Positions 8,820 to 18,526 of a stretch of DNA of 64,000 bases are shown one piece after another; position 1 is the first letter of the stretch, and each line of letters opens with the position of its first letter. A program made the position numbers and the translations under genes. A model generated the notes under the pieces. The model was not told where the DNA came from, made no database searches, and was given only the letters and a program-made list of their open reading frames with translations. This DNA is from Bacteroidota bacterium (GTDB taxonomy: Bacteria; Bacteroidota; Bacteroidia; Cytophagales; Cyclobacteriaceae), in contig JAFDYV010000003.1 of NCBI GenBank assembly GCA_018267275.1, positions 500,361 through 564,360 of the forward strand, in the 5' to 3' direction.

Positions 8820-11800
8820 ATGTTTAAAAATATTTTTCTCTTCGAACTCAAGTATCGAAAAGCGCGTGCCGCGAACTACATCTATTTCGCCATCATGTTT
8901 TTGCTTTGCTTTCTAGCCGTGACTACGGATGTAGTGCAAATTGGTGGGGCCGTTGGCCAAGTAAAAGAAAATGCACCCATCGTGATCGGTCAAATGATTG
9001 CCATCATGGGTTTCTTCATGACGCTGATTTCATCTGCCATTATGGGCGTAGCTGTGCTGCGCGATTTTGAGCACAATACCGAGGCAATTTTATTCAGTAC
9101 ACCCATCAAAAAATTCCACTACCTCATGGGCCGCTTTTGGGGGTCGTATGTTGTATTGTTATTGGTAGCGGCCAGTTTGCCCATCGCGTTTATGTTGGGC
9201 GACCTTTGGCCAATGCGTGAGGCTGACCGATTACTTCCCTTTAACCTCGCTACCTATTGGCAACCCTATTTCATTTTTGTAGTGCCAAACATGTTCTTCA
9301 CAGGCGCCATCTTTTTTGCCAGTGGTGCACTCAGTCGCAAGTCGATTGTGATTTATACGCAAGGCATTTTGTTGTTGGTGCTGTACATTGGCACCAGTTC
9401 GTTGCTGCGCGACTTAGAGCAAAAAGAAATCGCAGCTTTGTGCGATCCGTTTGGCGTGCGGGCGTTCAGCTTTTATACTCAGTATTGGACACCGGGCGAA
9501 CGCAACTCGCTACAGATTCCATTGGACGGGTACATTTTATACAACCGCCTGCTTTGGATGGGTGTAGGTATCGTCATTCTTATCATCAACCATTTTGCAT
9601 TTAGCTTTAACGTGGTGCGCAGTTCCGTATTCCGTCCGCGCGCGGTGAAAGATGAAGCACTTCGCATTAAACCCGAAGAAACAAAAATACCCGTAGCTCA
9701 ACAATTTGCCAACTTATCAACGCATATTGGTCAATTGGTGAAACTTACACTATTCTATTTCAAAATGGTGTTCAAAGAAATCCCGTTCATAGCCATTGTG
9801 ATTTCGGGCATCTTACTACTCTTTGTAAATGCCATCAACCTCAACGAACTTTTTGGCACGAGCTCCTACCCAACTACCTACACGATATTGGGTCTTCTAT
9901 CAGGATTCAATTTGTTCTTTTTGATTATTGCAGTTTTGTATTCGGGTGAACTAGTTTGGAAAGAGCGCGCTGTCAATCTCAACCTGATTATCGATGCGAT
10001 GCCGATGCCCGATTTCATCGCGCTGATTTCAAAATTCCTGGGCATGCTGTTGGTGTACATTGTGTTGATAGCGGGATTGATTGTTGCAGGCATGCTGGTA
10101 CAAATCAGTTATGGCTACTACAACTTTGAATTAGGCATCTACATCGGCACCCTCTACACAGAAACCCTCGCGTTCTTAGTACTGTACACCATGTTGTCGA
10201 TGTTCATTCATGTAATGGTTAACAACAAATTTTTGGGCTTCGCAGTGGCCGTAGCATTTTTCATTTTGGTATCATTCTTTGGCCAAATCGGATTAGAACA
10301 TCCGCTGTTTCAGTTTGGCAGCGGCAGCCTCGGCACTTATTCAGACATGAACGTTTATGGCCACTTTGTTACACCATTTAGTTGGTTTCAGGTGTATTGG
10401 TTTGCATTTGTGGTATTGCTATTTGGGATTGCCGTTGTTTTCTCCTCACGCGGATCGGAAGATGTTATTTCCATGCGCTGGAAGGCGGGCAAGCTTAGGT
10501 TATCAAAACAATTGGTCACATTGATTGTCTGCGCAGTGGCCGTGTTTTTGTCGTCAGGCTTTTACATCTACTACAACACCAATGTAGTCAACCGTTACAC
10601 CAACAAAGATGGCCGCGAGGGTCTGCAAGTCGACTATGAAAAGACGCTAAAGAAATACGAGTTTATTGCACAGCTTCGGATTACCGATGTTAACTTGAAG
10701 GTGGATTTGTATCCATCAAAAAGAGATTATTCGGCCGAAGGTTATTTCATTTTGAAAAACAAAACCAATGAACCCATCTCAGACATTCACATACAAGAAA
10801 ATGCGCTGAACTACATCAAAACTGAAAAACTGGAATTCAATCGCAAGTTTGGTGTCAAGGAAAAGTTTGACCGTTTCAAATACACCATCTACCAATTGGC
10901 CGAGCCGTTGCAGCCAGGCGATAGCGTGCAAATGAATTTCAAAACTTCGTTTGTAACGAATGGTTTTACGGATAACAATGCATCGACTACCAGCGTGATT
11001 TACAACGGAACTTTTTTCAATAACACCTATCTGCCTTCGCTGGGCTACAATGAAAATTATGAGATGAGCGATGACAACGACCGCAAAGAGAAAAAGCTCC
11101 CTGAGAAAGAACGCATGATGGAACGCAACGACCCGCGCGGCCTGTCGCAAAGTTTATTTGGCGATGATGCAGATCACGTTCGCTTTGAAATTGTGCTGAG
11201 CACGGACAAAGACCAACTCGCCATTGCCCCAGGATATTTGCAAAAATCATGGGAAGAAAAAGACCGCAAGTATTTTCAATACAAGATGGACGCGCCTATG
11301 TGCAATTTCTTCTCTATCATTTCTGCACGCTATGAAGTAAAGCGAGATAAGTGGAACGATGTAAATCTGGAAATCTACTACCACAAAGGTCACGAGTACA
11401 ATCTCGATAAGATGATGGAGGGCATGAAAGACGCGTTGAATTATTACACCAAGCATTTCAGCCCATACCAATACCGTCAGGTGCGCATCATGGAGTTTCC
11501 GCGCTACGCCACCTTTGCACAGTCGTTTGCGAACACTATTCCGTTCAGTGAAGGCATTGGGTTCATTGCCAAAATAGATGACCCCGACAAAGACATCGAC
11601 TATGTATATTACGTAACGGCCCACGAAGTGGCACACCAGTGGTGGGGCCACCAGGTGATGGAAGCAGGCGTGAAGGGCAATGCGATGCTGAGCGAAAGTA
11701 TGTCGCAATACTCTGCGTTAATGGTGTTGAAGCACAAGTTTACGCCCGAAATCATTGAACGCTATTTGAAATACGAACTAGACCGTTATTTATCTGGTCG

Positions 11801-12404
11801 CGCGGGCGAGCGCAAAAAAGAGCAGCCATTAGAGTTGGTGGAAGGACAGGGATACATTCACTATCAAAAAGCCTCGTTGATATTCTTTGCTCTGCAAGAT
11901 TACATCAGCGAAGACAGCGTGAATGCGGCATTCCGCAGGTTTAACCAAACGTGGCGATTTAAAGATGCCCCCTACCCTACTTCTGCTGACTTGCTGAAAG
12001 AAATCAGAAAAGTGACACCCGATAGTTTACAATACCTCATCAAAGATATGTTTGAAACCATCACACTCTTTGAAAACAAAACCGACTCTGCATTCTACAA
12101 AGAGAAAAGCAAGAACGAGTTTGAGGTAACGGTGTATGCATCTGCAGAAAAATTGCGTGCCGATAGCACCGGCATCGAAACGCCCATTGCCATCAACGAT
12201 TGGATTGATGTGGGTGTGTACGGCAAAAACAAAGCGGGTAAAGACAGCCTGCTGTATTTGAAGAAACACAAAATCACGCAAAAGCAAAACCAGTTTAAGA
12301 TTTTGGTGAAAGCTAAACCGCGCAAAGCCGGCATTGACCCGCTGCACAAGTTGATTGATAGGCATTCGAACGATAATACCAAGGGCCTGGTGGCGAAGAG
12401 GTAG
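8820..12404 (+). CDS. ABC-2 type permease fused to M1-family (gluzincin) aminopeptidase domain
   Basis: About 590 aa polytopic membrane region in two permease-like halves, then soluble domain with HEVAHQWWG...LSESMSQY zinc motif. Confidence 0.85.
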   Translation: MFKNIFLFELKYRKARAANYIYFAIMFLLCFLAVTTDVVQIGGAVGQVKENAPIVIGQMIAIMGFFMTLISSAIMGVAVLRDFEHNTEAILFSTPIKKFHYLMGRFWGSYVVLLLVAASLPIAFMLGDLWPMREADRLLPFNLATYWQPYFIFVVPNMFFTGAIFFASGALSRKSIVIYTQGILLLVLYIGTSSLLRDLEQKEIAALCDPFGVRAFSFYTQYWTPGERNSLQIPLDGYILYNRLLWMGVGIVILIINHFAFSFNVVRSSVFRPRAVKDEALRIKPEETKIPVAQQFANLSTHIGQLVKLTLFYFKMVFKEIPFIAIVISGILLLFVNAINLNELFGTSSYPTTYTILGLLSGFNLFFLIIAVLYSGELVWKERAVNLNLIIDAMPMPDFIALISKFLGMLLVYIVLIAGLIVAGMLVQISYGYYNFELGIYIGTLYTETLAFLVLYTMLSMFIHVMVNNKFLGFAVAVAFFILVSFFGQIGLEHPLFQFGSGSLGTYSDMNVYGHFVTPFSWFQVYWFAFVVLLFGIAVVFSSRGSEDVISMRWKAGKLRLSKQLVTLIVCAVAVFLSSGFYIYYNTNVVNRYTNKDGREGLQVDYEKTLKKYEFIAQLRITDVNLKVDLYPSKRDYSAEGYFILKNKTNEPISDIHIQENALNYIKTEKLEFNRKFGVKEKFDRFKYTIYQLAEPLQPGDSVQMNFKTSFVTNGFTDNNASTTSVIYNGTFFNNTYLPSLGYNENYEMSDDNDRKEKKLPEKERMMERNDPRGLSQSLFGDDADHVRFEIVLSTDKDQLAIAPGYLQKSWEEKDRKYFQYKMDAPMCNFFSIISARYEVKRDKWNDVNLEIYYHKGHEYNLDKMMEGMKDALNYYTKHFSPYQYRQVRIMEFPRYATFAQSFANTIPFSEGIGFIAKIDDPDKDIDYVYYVTAHEVAHQWWGHQVMEAGVKGNAMLSESMSQYSALMVLKHKFTPEIIERYLKYELDRYLSGRAGERKKEQPLELVEGQGYIHYQKASLIFFALQDYISEDSVNAAFRRFNQTWRFKDAPYPTSADLLKEIRKVTPDSLQYLIKDMFETITLFENKTDSAFYKEKSKNEFEVTVYASAEKLRADSTGIETPIAINDWIDVGVYGKNKAGKDSLLYLKKHKITQKQNQFKILVKAKPRKAGIDPLHKLIDRHSNDNTKGLVAKR

Positions 12405-12425
12405 ATTTAATTATTAGGTGAAATA

Positions 12426-12455
12426 AAAATCCTCAGGCGCATGCTTGGGGATTTT
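12426..12455. terminator. Probable bidirectional intrinsic terminator
   Basis: aaaatcctcag...ttggggatttt hairpin with A/T tails between convergent genes. Confidence 0.55.
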
Positions 12456-12523
12456 CAACTTTCGGGTAGAACAGACTAATTTCTTACGCTACCCTAACCA
12501 AGTAACGAGAGCTTCAACTGATT

Positions 12524-13180
12524 TTAACTTTGTATTTCTCTTCTCAGTTGACCCAACAAGTTTCGATATAAAGAACTTAAAAGTACGAACATTAGCCTTT
12601 CATCACTACTAACTTTAGCATCCCAACCATAAGCCATTCCATTCTTTTGGATTTCTAACCAATTCTTATGAAGTGTTTGTAGTTCTGTTGGATATTTTTT
12701 CCAGTCAACGGTATATTCTCTCAATGCCAAAACAGCTAGAATGTCGTCACAGTTTCTTAAAACTGCTTCACTTCCGTGCAATCTTAAGATGTTAAAATCA
12801 TTATTTAATTGCAATGAAATTTGATATTCATGATTAAGCTTAACTAATTTTTCAAAACTATCTTCTAGGGTTTGAATTTGAGAATCAGTTGCAACCTGCT
12901 GAGTTAATTCGCCAATACTTAGGATTTCTGCAATAATTGGTGATTGTGTCCGACTAACCGAACCTAAAAATATTTGATACGCTGCCACTTTATACTCAAA
13001 CTGCTTTTGTTTTCTATCGTTTTCAGCCTCGATTCTGGACGTGAAATGAAATCCGATTATAGACAATACTGCTGCCAATAGGGCAGTTAGTGTAGAAATA
13101 ACGATCTGTTCAAATATTTTTCTTCTTCCAATTTTAGATACTTTCATGGACTTTTTTTTCATGAAATACAAATTTTGCAT
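12524..13180 (-). CDS. Hypothetical protein, single N-terminal TM helix, AT-rich
   Basis: 218-aa ORF, TM IVISTLTALLAAVLSIIGFHF, helical body; start could be 13180, 13162 or 13147. Confidence 0.65.
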   Translation of the reverse strand: MQNLYFMKKKSMKVSKIGRRKIFEQIVISTLTALLAAVLSIIGFHFTSRIEAENDRKQKQFEYKVAAYQIFLGSVSRTQSPIIAEILSIGELTQQVATDSQIQTLEDSFEKLVKLNHEYQISLQLNNDFNILRLHGSEAVLRNCDDILAVLALREYTVDWKKYPTELQTLHKNWLEIQKNGMAYGWDAKVSSDERLMFVLLSSLYRNLLGQLRREIQS

Positions 13181-13184
13181 TCAG

Positions 13185-13682
13185 TTATCTCCCGCTTGGC
13201 GTTTTCTCAACTTTCATGATCTTATTATAATCTGAAAACATAGCTCTCAACAACTTGCTGCCATTATGGCCAAGGCCTTTGTTTTCGAGTCCCAAGTCCC
13301 GCCTCATTTCAAACATTATTTTTGACAACAATTCTAGCATGCGCTTTGTATTGCTCTCCTGGCCTTCATTTGTGGCGTAGATATATTGAAAAAAATCCGC
13401 AAACGCGTTTATGACTCCTGGTGAACCATAAAGAATATACTTTTTATAAAACTCATAAAGTTTATTTATTACATCGCCACTGATGCTTTCATTGGCTTTA
13501 CTTTTCTCAAAAATATCTATGATTAGATTAACGAAATGTTGGTATAGCTCCCGTCTTTCTTTGTGAACATCGCTTAGTAATTCTTTTCTCTTTTCAATAT
13601 TCTGTTTTATCAAATAGCCTATTCCTGCACCAATTAATGGCAAAACGATTGAAAGAAGTGTAATGATTGTTGTTGCTGTCAT
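13185..13682 (-). CDS. Hypothetical protein, single N-terminal TM helix, AT-rich
   Basis: ATG at 13682 gives 165 aa, TM IITLLSIVLPLIGAGIGYLI, ends MRRDLG...; stop 4 nt before the next ATG. Confidence 0.7.
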   Translation of the reverse strand: MTATTIITLLSIVLPLIGAGIGYLIKQNIEKRKELLSDVHKERRELYQHFVNLIIDIFEKSKANESISGDVINKLYEFYKKYILYGSPGVINAFADFFQYIYATNEGQESNTKRMLELLSKIMFEMRRDLGLENKGLGHNGSKLLRAMFSDYNKIMKVEKTPSGR

Positions 13683-13760
13683 AAATATCAAAAATCGAAA
13701 TTTCGCCTTGTGCTCACATTTTTGCTCATACAAATTTCAATTTATCACATTCGTCCTATT

Positions 13761-13891
13761 CCGGCAAGGATTGCAGCGGATACCCCGGCAGTGGCGGAGG
13801 ACGCGCGGCATAAGCCGTGGCACGACTTAGAGTCGTGCCACGGCTACGGAAGATGGCTGGCAAAGGGTTATCCGCCTCCGCTACACTCCGG
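13761..13891. repeat. About 130-bp imperfect palindromic element with perfect 15-bp central hairpin
   Basis: AGCCGTGGCACGACT-tag-AGTCGTGCCACGGCT (13813-13845) plus outer complementary arms (13761-13800 vs 13865-13891). Confidence 0.7.
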
Positions 13892-13972
13892 TGGGTAAAC
13901 CGCCAAACGCTCCACCCCATTTTTCTTTCCCCCAATAAACTGTATCTTTACAGCCCTAATACAAAACTATTT

Positions 13973-14182
13973 ATGGAGACGATATTTTTGATTGGAATGC
14001 CAAGTGGTTGGGAGTGGTTCATCATCGGGCTTTTTGTGCTGGTGTTCTTTGGCGCCAAAAAAATACCCGAATTTGCAAAAGGACTGGGCAAGGGCATCCG
14101 CGAGTTTAAAGATGCCGTAAAGGACGTGAAGAAGGAAGTGGACGATGCTGGCAAAGAAGTGCCCAAGATTGACGAAAAATAA
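13973..14182 (+). CDS. tatA: Twin-arginine translocase TatA/TatE subunit
   Basis: GMPSGWEWFII...FFGAKKIPEFAKGLGKGIREFKDA; ATG at 13973. Confidence 0.92.
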   Translation: METIFLIGMPSGWEWFIIGLFVLVFFGAKKIPEFAKGLGKGIREFKDAVKDVKKEVDDAGKEVPKIDEK

Positions 14183-15616
14183 GTGTTGAAGGCGTACGCA
14201 ACCTTTGCGCAAATCCAGCACGACCTCCATTCAAAAAAAATAACCTGCACCGCGTTGGTCAAACACTATTTGGCCAACATCGAAAGCAAAAAACACCTGA
14301 ACGTATTCTTAAGCGTGTATGCTGATGAGGCATTGGCGCGGGCAGCGGTTATTGACGAAAAAATCAATCGGGGAAATGCAGGTAAACTAGCGGGCCTTGT
14401 AGTGGGGCTGAAAGATGTGCTGTGCTATGAAAATCACCCGCTGCAAGCCAGCAGTAAAATTTTAGACGGCTTTGTGTCGCAGTTCAATGCCACAGCCGTG
14501 CAGAGATTGCTCGATGCCGATGCCATTATCATCGGCCGGCAAAACTGCGATGAATTTGCGATGGGCTCGTCCAATGAAAACTCTGCGTTTGGACCAACAC
14601 TCAACGACATTGACAATACGCGCGTACCGGGCGGCTCTTCGGGTGGCTCAGCCGTGGCCGTCATGGCCGATATGTGCCAAGTATCGCTGGGGTCTGACAC
14701 GGGTGGTTCGGTGCGGCAGCCTGCAGCCTTTTGTGGCATTGTAGGGTTGAAGCCCACATACTCGCGCATCTCGCGGCATGGGTTGATTGCCTATGGCTCT
14801 TCGTTTGATTGCATTGGCATTTTTTCGAAAAATATTGAAGACGCTGCGCTGGTGCTGGAAGTGATTGCTGGCGCAGATGAATATGACAGCACGGTATCGC
14901 AAACCCCTGTGCCAGCATTTTCGAGTTTACTATCCGCGGCCAGCGAAAAAAAATATCGCATCGCTTACATGCGCGATACGTTGCAATCGCCCGCGTTGCA
15001 ACCCGAAATAAAAACTGCGATTGAGAAATCGCTTGACCAATTAAAATTAGATGGTCACTCTGTAGCGGGTATTGAATTTCCGCTGAATGAATACGTGCTG
15101 CCAACGTATTACATTTTGGCTACTGCCGAGGCGAGTTCAAACCTGTCGCGCTACGATGGTGTTCGTTATGGTTACCGCAGCCCCAACACCACCGATTTGG
15201 AATCGATGTATAAAAAAACGCGAGCCGAGGGTTTTGGAAAAGAAGTGCAGCGAAGAATTTTGCTGGGCACTTACGTGTTGAGTGCGAGCTATTACGATGC
15301 CTACTACAACCAAGCCCAAAAAGTGCGCAGGCTCATCCGCGAAAAGCTGAAGGAGTTGCTGAAAGAATATGACTTCATCATCACTCCCACTACTCCCACC
15401 ACAGCATTTAAGTTGGGCGAACATTCCACCAATCCGGTAGAGATGTACTTGGCAGACTTATTTTCCGTTCAAGCAAATGTGGCGGGGCTGCCAGCCATTT
15501 CGCTGCCGTTGGGTACCGATAAAATTGGATTGCCCATGGGCGTGCAGGTAATGGCAGATGATTTTGAGGAAACAAAACTGTTTCATTTCTCAAAACAATT
15601 GATGAACTTGGCGTGA
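14183..15616 (+). CDS. gatA: Asp-tRNA(Asn)/Glu-tRNA(Gln) amidotransferase subunit A
   Basis: Amidase signature PGGSSGGSA...GSDTGGSVRQPAAFCG, SSNLSRYDGVRYG, GKEVQRRILLGTYVLS. Confidence 0.95.
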   Translation: MLKAYATFAQIQHDLHSKKITCTALVKHYLANIESKKHLNVFLSVYADEALARAAVIDEKINRGNAGKLAGLVVGLKDVLCYENHPLQASSKILDGFVSQFNATAVQRLLDADAIIIGRQNCDEFAMGSSNENSAFGPTLNDIDNTRVPGGSSGGSAVAVMADMCQVSLGSDTGGSVRQPAAFCGIVGLKPTYSRISRHGLIAYGSSFDCIGIFSKNIEDAALVLEVIAGADEYDSTVSQTPVPAFSSLLSAASEKKYRIAYMRDTLQSPALQPEIKTAIEKSLDQLKLDGHSVAGIEFPLNEYVLPTYYILATAEASSNLSRYDGVRYGYRSPNTTDLESMYKKTRAEGFGKEVQRRILLGTYVLSASYYDAYYNQAQKVRRLIREKLKELLKEYDFIITPTTPTTAFKLGEHSTNPVEMYLADLFSVQANVAGLPAISLPLGTDKIGLPMGVQVMADDFEETKLFHFSKQLMNLA

Positions 15617-15671
15617 TAATTGATTTTTTAAGCTTCGTTTTCTGGGTATAATTGCCCGTTTTATTGATTTT

Positions 15672-17093
15672 TTGAGTTTAATCGTTGAAAGCAAAGTGAA
15701 GAGGATTACATTCTGTTGGGCATTAATCATCTGTAGCACCGGAGCATTTTCGCAAGAAATTGTCTTTAAGGATACGCTATTGGCGAAAGATTTGGTGAAG
15801 CCACTGGATACTGTAGCGAATTTTGAGCTGCCTACTGATGTGGAATTTATTCCAGCCGATGCCACACCTGAATTAGTTGCCGATCGATTAAGCTGTTTGC
15901 AAAAAAAAATCGAACTCACTTATAACAATCGCGTACACGGCTTTATTGATTACTTCACAATACGCGACCGCGAGTACACCCGCATGGTGCAACGCAGAAA
16001 AGATTTATACTTCCCCATCTTTGAAAGAAAGTTAAAAGAATACGGTTTGCCCGATGAGTTGAAATACTTGTCAATTATTGAATCGGGTTTAAATCCACGC
16101 GCTACTTCACGCGCGCGGGCGGTGGGTCTATGGCAATTTATGTCGGGCACAGGGCACTACATGGGGCTGCGCAGCGATTGGTATATTGATGAGCGCATGG
16201 ATCCGGAAAAAGCAACTGATGCCGCGTGTCGTTATTTGCAGATGCTGTATTCCATGTTCAACGATTGGCATTTGGCGCTGGCAGCTTATAACTCGGGGCC
16301 TGGCACGGTAAAATATGCTATCCGCAAATCGGGATACAAGAAAACTTTTTGGGAAGTGTTCAACCGCCTGCCGCGCGAAACACGCTCGTATGTGCCGCAA
16401 TTCATCGCCATCATTTACGCCATGAACTATGCGCCTGAACACAACCTGGTAGAAATGGCGCGCGAACAAGTGCCCCCGCATGACACGATTCAGGTTCGTC
16501 AGTTTTTGAACTTCAAAACATTTGCTTCTCTAACCGGCACCTGTGTGGAAGATATGCAGTTGCTGAACCCTGCCGTGTTACGAGGTGCCCTGCCTGATAA
16601 TGGTCAGACACATTCATTGCGCGTACCCGTATGGTCAAAGGCGGCTTTGGCTGGCAACCGGGCAACCATCCTCGACTCCGCATCAAAAATTGGTAAGCAA
16701 GAGTTGGAAGCGCTGGCAAAAAATTCTTACGGCACTACCTACGGTCGCGAAGTTCAGATTTACCGAGTCCAATCAGGCGATGTGCTGGGGTCGATTGCGG
16801 CTCGTTTTGGCGTGCGCGTAAATGATTTGAAAAAGTGGAATGCCATCCACGGCAACACCATACGTGTGGGGCAACGGTTAAATGTATGGACATATAAGCC
16901 CGGTGCCTTGGCTTCGCGGTTAACACCTTCGATTGTCATTCCCCCAAACTCAAAGACGTACATCGTGCAGCCTGGCGACACGTTGTGGGACATCTCTAAA
17001 AAGGTACCAGGTATTTCTGTTGAGAAAATCAAAAGTCTTAATAACCTCAAGAACAGCAAGCTTCAACCGGGGCAGAAGTTGATTATTGGCTGA
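15672..17093 (+). CDS. mltD: Membrane-bound lytic murein transglycosylase D-like (SLT + 2 LysM)
   Basis: IIESGLNPRATS..AVGLWQFM, ALAAYNSG, ETRSYVP, two LysM repeats (YRVQSGDVL, YIVQPGDTL); true start may be GTG 15696. Confidence 0.88.
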   Translation: MSLIVESKVKRITFCWALIICSTGAFSQEIVFKDTLLAKDLVKPLDTVANFELPTDVEFIPADATPELVADRLSCLQKKIELTYNNRVHGFIDYFTIRDREYTRMVQRRKDLYFPIFERKLKEYGLPDELKYLSIIESGLNPRATSRARAVGLWQFMSGTGHYMGLRSDWYIDERMDPEKATDAACRYLQMLYSMFNDWHLALAAYNSGPGTVKYAIRKSGYKKTFWEVFNRLPRETRSYVPQFIAIIYAMNYAPEHNLVEMAREQVPPHDTIQVRQFLNFKTFASLTGTCVEDMQLLNPAVLRGALPDNGQTHSLRVPVWSKAALAGNRATILDSASKIGKQELEALAKNSYGTTYGREVQIYRVQSGDVLGSIAARFGVRVNDLKKWNAIHGNTIRVGQRLNVWTYKPGALASRLTPSIVIPPNSKTYIVQPGDTLWDISKKVPGISVEKIKSLNNLKNSKLQPGQKLIIG

Positions 17094-17101
17094 TACCTAG
17101 T

Positions 17102-17210
17102 TCCCTCACCCCCAAAAAACTTATCCGGTTACCAATCGCTATGTTCCCCTCTCCCGCGGGAGAGGGGTGAAATAGATTGTGCGAATGGAACCACTTGTTA
17201 GGGTGAGGGA
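17102..17210. repeat. 109-bp nested inverted-repeat element, copy 2
   Basis: TCCCTCACCC (17102) ... CCCCTCTCCC-GC-GGGAGAGGGG (17146-17167) ... GGGTGAGGGA (17201-17210). Confidence 0.8.
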
Positions 17211-17318
17211 AAAAAATGATGATACAATCAGGCATCCCTTGGAATATTTCTAATTCAAAGTGTGACGTTTTTGCTTTCTTTGTGTTAGACACTTAGCTAA
17301 GGCTGTACTTTCGAAATT

Positions 17319-18377
17319 ATGAAAAACCTTCTTTGGGCTTTGCCCCTCATTTTCTTCTTCGCGTGCGATGGCTCAAAAGAAGAAATGCTTCCAGGCGCCA
17401 CTGGCATCTCTGGCGATGTGTACCTGATCATGGACTCTACCCAATACAAAGGTCCGTTAGGTACCTTGGTCGACTCTATTTTCCGGTCTGAATATTTGGT
17501 GATTAATCGCCCCGAGCCGCTCTTTAAAATGCACTGGGTTGACCCTCGCAAGTTGAATTACACTCTGAAGCTGCGAAGAAATTTAATTTATGCAGTAACA
17601 TTAGACCAGTCTGGTGCTGGTGCCAATCGGGTGGAGCGAATGTTGACGGCTGAATCGATCAATAAAATTAAGACGGACACTTCATTTTTCTTTAAAGCAG
17701 TCACCAACCAATTTGCAAAAGGACAGCAGACGTTTTTCTTGGTAGGCGCGCGTGAAGAACTACTGATGAAAAAAATCAGAAAGAACGCAGCACGCTTGGT
17801 GGCCACTTTGAATAAGTCAGAGCAAGAGCGGTTGACCCAACAACTTTTTAAAGCGGGTAGCTTGAAAGGATTGAGTGAAAACTTAAAAAAGAAATGGGGT
17901 GTTGATTTTCAGATTCCGTTTGGATACCAAATTGTAATGAACAATGATGAGTTTGTTTGGGTAAGGCAATTCAACAAGAAAGATGACCGCGACATTTTTG
18001 TTTACAGAAAACCATACAAAGACCAAAAGCAATTTGACCGCGATAGTTTGATTGCTTTACGAAATACCATTTGTCAAAAATATTTGTTTGGCGACCCAGA
18101 CAAACCAAACTCGTTTTTGGTGACAGAGACAGGAATCCCGTCAAAACGAGTGCGTGTGTCAACCAGTCCGCTCAATGGAAATTATGCAGCACAAATGATT
18201 GGTCTATGGAAAACCAACAACCTGAGCATGGGTGGCCCTTTTATGTCTTACACAGTGGCCGATGCAAAACAAACCAACCTCTATTATGTGGAAGCATTCC
18301 TATATGCGCCCAGTCGCGAGCAGCGCGAAACCATGCGTGAGTTGGAAACGATATTGAGTACGTTCAAAGCGAATTAA
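17319..18377 (+). CDS. DUF4837 family lipoprotein
   Basis: Lipobox FFFAC, PEPLF motif, GLWK...MGGPFMSY, EAFLYAPS..RE.MRELE C-terminus. Confidence 0.75.
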   Translation: MKNLLWALPLIFFFACDGSKEEMLPGATGISGDVYLIMDSTQYKGPLGTLVDSIFRSEYLVINRPEPLFKMHWVDPRKLNYTLKLRRNLIYAVTLDQSGAGANRVERMLTAESINKIKTDTSFFFKAVTNQFAKGQQTFFLVGAREELLMKKIRKNAARLVATLNKSEQERLTQQLFKAGSLKGLSENLKKKWGVDFQIPFGYQIVMNNDEFVWVRQFNKKDDRDIFVYRKPYKDQKQFDRDSLIALRNTICQKYLFGDPDKPNSFLVTETGIPSKRVRVSTSPLNGNYAAQMIGLWKTNNLSMGGPFMSYTVADAKQTNLYYVEAFLYAPSREQRETMRELETILSTFKAN

Positions 18378-18526
18378 TTTTTTTTGCGCCTCGTCTTATT
18401 GCCCCAACAGAGCTTTCTTGGTTAGTTGGCCAATGATATCAAGATTTTCGCTACCCGTGTAAATCTATGAATCCGTGGTAACGAGTAAACAAAAATCTCA
18501 TTACCTTTCCCTCTTATTTCTACATC

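Noticed and set aside
12456-12523. Possible integron attC site or target-site duplication at the edge of the AT-rich insert
   Set aside because: Only a 6-bp gggtag/ctaccc stem; no RYYYAAC/GTTRRRY pair, no duplicated target sequence and no integrase in the window.
13152-13159. A8 tract near the 5' end of the second insert gene as a phase-variation switch
   Set aside because: The tract is short and may lie upstream of the true start (13147).
13817-13972. N-terminal extension of tatA in the ORF track
   Set aside because: It runs through the palindromic element and promoter region; ATG 13973 gives a normal-length TatA.
14183-15616. gatA without adjacent gatB/gatC, and tatA without tatC
   Set aside because: Dispersed gat and tat genes are ordinary in Bacteroidota.
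8673-17210. Conserved arms with variable spacers read as a CRISPR-like array
   Set aside because: The two copies are 8 kb apart, not tandem, and there are no cas genes.
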